From Malacoraja senta (Eukaryota): a stretch of 64,000 nt of DNA. The position numbers and the translations under genes were made by a program. The DNA is taken from assembly GCA_038087875.1 (NCBI GenBank), contig CM075983.1:24614001-24678000 (forward strand). The letters are read 5' to 3'. The notes beneath the pieces were generated by a model that was not told the origin of the DNA, ran no database searches, and was given only the letters and a program-made list of their open reading frames with translations. Shown piece after piece: positions 61,482 through 64,000 of this stretch (position 1 is its first letter; each line of letters begins with the position of its first letter).

Positions 61482-64000
61482 TTATTTATTAGAAGTACAT
61501 TACATCACAGCCACATACATTAATACTCGTCATTTATATCTTCTTACAATTAATGTACTCCCTTTATTTATTTTTTTACACTAAAGAAAGAAAAGATTGA
61601 AAGAGAGAAGAAAGTGAAGGAAAAAGTGCAAGTGTAGAAAAGTGTAGAAAATGTAACAACAAAAAAGGACGAAGACCCTATGAGAGCGAAATTAAAAACA
61701 AAAAGAAAAAGAGTTAAGAAATAGGCCCTAAGAAAAGAAAAGAGAAAGAGAAAAAAAGAAAAACAAATGTTTTTTTTTGAGCATCACGTAAATAGGACAT
61801 ACCAACTCTTCAACTATCATCCCCCCTTACCCGACCTCAATTTTTTATTTTTTTAAAGTACTTTTGCACCCTATGTTTGTAATAATTCTATAAATGCAGA
61901 CCACGTCAGGTGGAAGTGATCTGGTTTACCTGCTAGGAGGAGTCTTATCTCTTCAAGGTGTAGTGTTTCAAACATATTTGAAATCCACATATTTATAGTT
62001 GGTATTGGAGCCTTCTTCCAAAATTTTAGAATTAGCTTTTTTCCAGTTATTAACCCATAATCCATTAATTTCTTTTGAAACACATTTAGTTCTGGATCAT
62101 CTTCCGTTATTCCGAAGATAATCCATTCTGCTTTGGGTATCAGTCTTGTTTTAAATAACTTTGTAAAGATTTCAAAAATTTCATTCCAAAATTTTTGAAT
62201 TTTTGTACAGAAGACAAATGAGTGCGCTATAGTTGCTTCTTGGGATTGACATTTATCACAAATAGATGATACGTTTGGGAAAATTTTATGAATTTTAGTT
62301 TTCGAATAATATAATCTATGTAAAATTTTTAATTGTATTAAAGTGTGTCTTACATTAATCGAGCATTTATGTACTTTTAATAAGTATTCATTCCAACTTT
62401 CCTTTGAAATTTTAATAGCTAACTCTTGTTCCCAGTCTCTTCTGATACCCTCCGTAGATGGTATTTGTACATTTAAGATAATATTGTACAAATATGATAT
62501 TAAGTTTGCTGATTCCGCTTTTATCTGCATTGCCTCGTCCAGTACATCTGCTGGGTTATTATGATGATCTTTTATATATTTTTTCAAATAGTCGCATATT
62601 TGAAAGTATTTAAAATATTGATTATTTCCGAGTTTATATTTTATTTGTAATTGTTGAAATGAAAGTAATTTTCCAGTTTCATACAAGTCACCAAGCGTTT
62701 TAATTCCTAGTCTATCCCATTGTGTATAAGCTTTATCTATAATAGAAGGACTAAACGAAGGGTTATTGACTATAGGTAATAAAAGTGATAAGTTTCTTAA
62801 TTTTAAATTTTGTTTTATTTGTTTCCAAATACGGATTGTACTATGAATAATTGGGTTCTTATTATAGTTTATGTTATTCAATTTCATTGGAGAGAGGAGG
62901 ATCGCTCCAATGTTTCTAGAGGAGCAATCCTCTTTCTCCATTACAATCCAGTCTACTTGCTGGGCGGAGTTATCCATCAGTTGAATCATGTTTTTAATAT
63001 TTACTGACCAATAATAATACATAAAATTGGGTAGTGCTAGACCCCCCAATACTTTAGATTTATTCAGATGGGTTTTTTGTATTCTATGTGATTTATAGTC
63101 CCATATAAAATTAGTGATATCTGAGTCGAGTTTTTTAAAAAACTTCTTAGGTAAGTATATAGGAATTGATTGAAATAGGTATAAAATTTGTGGTAAAAAG
63201 ATCATTTTTATTGCGTTTATTCGGCCTATTAAAGACATCGGAAGCGTTTTCCAGAATTTAATTAATGTATTCAGTTTATTAAGTAGGGGGTCAAAATTTG
63301 CCCTGAGCATACCTTGATATGCTCTGGTAATTTCGATTCCCAAATATTTAAATTTTTCTGTAGCTATTTTAAAAGGGAATTTTAAAAGATGTGTTGAATC
63401 TTTCGGTTTTATTGACATAATTTCACTTTTATTCCAATTTATTCTATATCCAGAAAAAGATCCGAAGTCTTCAATTAAATTTAATATATTTGGTATAGTG
63501 ATTTGAGGTTTTGTAATATACAATAATATATCATCCGCGTATAAAGATATTTTATTATATGAGTCTTTAGTATTATATCCATGAATATCAGGGTGTATTC
63601 TAATTTTTTCTGCTAGCGGTTCAATAATGAGAGCAAACAGCTGTGGTGATAATGAGCATCCTTGTCTATTTCCCCTTGATAGTTGAAATTTCGAGGATAA
63701 TATGTTATTAGTAAGTATTCTAGCTGTAGGTTTGTTATATAGTAACTTAATCCATAAAATAAAATTCTCTCCCAGTTGAAATTTTTGTAATACTTTATCC
63801 ATATAATTCCATTCTACTTGATCAAATGCTTTTTCAGCATCCAGCGAAATAATTGATAATTCTTGATCTTCAGATTTGTGTGAGTGCATTATGTTGAGTA
63901 GACGTCTCATATTATTAGAAGAGTATCTCTTAGGGATAAACCCTGTCTGATCTGGGTTTATTAATTTACTAATGTATTTACTTAATCTTCTGGCTAATGT
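61447..64000 (-). mobile_element. Young L1 LINE running off the window edge
   Basis: Plus-strand T30 tail at 61447-61476, AATAAA, 3' UTR and uninterrupted ORF2. Confidence 0.95.
61871..64000 (-). CDS. L1 ORF2 (RT + C-terminal CCHC), partial and open to the window edge
   Basis: 679-aa ORF (SLDAEKAFD, RGNRQGC, LYADD, KYLGI, GGL.LPN). The frame stays open upstream: TLARRLSKYISKLINPDQTGFIPKR. Confidence 0.9.
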   Translation of the reverse strand, partial: TLARRLSKYISKLINPDQTGFIPKRYSSNNMRRLLNIMHSHKSEDQELSIISLDAEKAFDQVEWNYMDKVLQKFQLGENFILWIKLLYNKPTARILTNNILSSKFQLSRGNRQGCSLSPQLFALIIEPLAEKIRIHPDIHGYNTKDSYNKISLYADDILLYITKPQITIPNILNLIEDFGSFSGYRINWNKSEIMSIKPKDSTHLLKFPFKIATEKFKYLGIEITRAYQGMLRANFDPLLNKLNTLIKFWKTLPMSLIGRINAIKMIFLPQILYLFQSIPIYLPKKFFKKLDSDITNFIWDYKSHRIQKTHLNKSKVLGGLALPNFMYYYWSVNIKNMIQLMDNSAQQVDWIVMEKEDCSSRNIGAILLSPMKLNNINYNKNPIIHSTIRIWKQIKQNLKLRNLSLLLPIVNNPSFSPSIIDKAYTQWDRLGIKTLGDLYETGKLLSFQQLQIKYKLGNNQYFKYFQICDYLKKYIKDHHNNPADVLDEAMQIKAESANLISYLYNIILNVQIPSTEGIRRDWEQELAIKISKESWNEYLLKVHKCSINVRHTLIQLKILHRLYYSKTKIHKIFPNVSSICDKCQSQEATIAHSFVFCTKIQKFWNEIFEIFTKLFKTRLIPKAEWIIFGITEDDPELNVFQKKLMDYGLITGKKLILKFWKKAPIPTINMWISNMFETLHLEEIRLLLAGKPDHFHLTWSAFIELLQT

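Overview
AT-rich vertebrate non-coding DNA, either a large intron or intergenic. I found no convincing host exon, RNA gene or CRISPR array. The repeat set (CR1 with an esterase ORF1, V-SINE/HE1-like SINEs, Penelope GIY-YIG elements, Rex1/Babar, AT-rich L1, Tx1, RTE-X, Tc1, PIF/Harbinger and pogo MITEs, Helitrons) suggests a cartilaginous fish, probably a skate; this is inference. Every credible protein-coding stretch derives from a transposon. Main points: (1) a CR1 whose ORF1/ORF2 junction has an in-phase U_UUA_AAC slippery heptamer, a stop and an overlapping UAAUG, with ORF2 in the -1 frame, followed by a G-rich tract (candidate programmed frameshift); (2) many Penelope-derived minimal hammerhead-ribozyme motifs, including short head-to-head fold-back elements with long target-site duplications (TSDs); (3) a very young 2-kb non-autonomous LTR retrotransposon (TG...TA LTRs, tRNA-Trp-like primer-binding site) with a bulged hairpin in both LTRs and again internally; (4) two non-autonomous Helitrons, one inside a three-class nest; (5) near-identical inverted L1 copies about 10 kb apart. 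Family assignments come from recognising motifs by eye, and boundaries of decayed elements are approximate.
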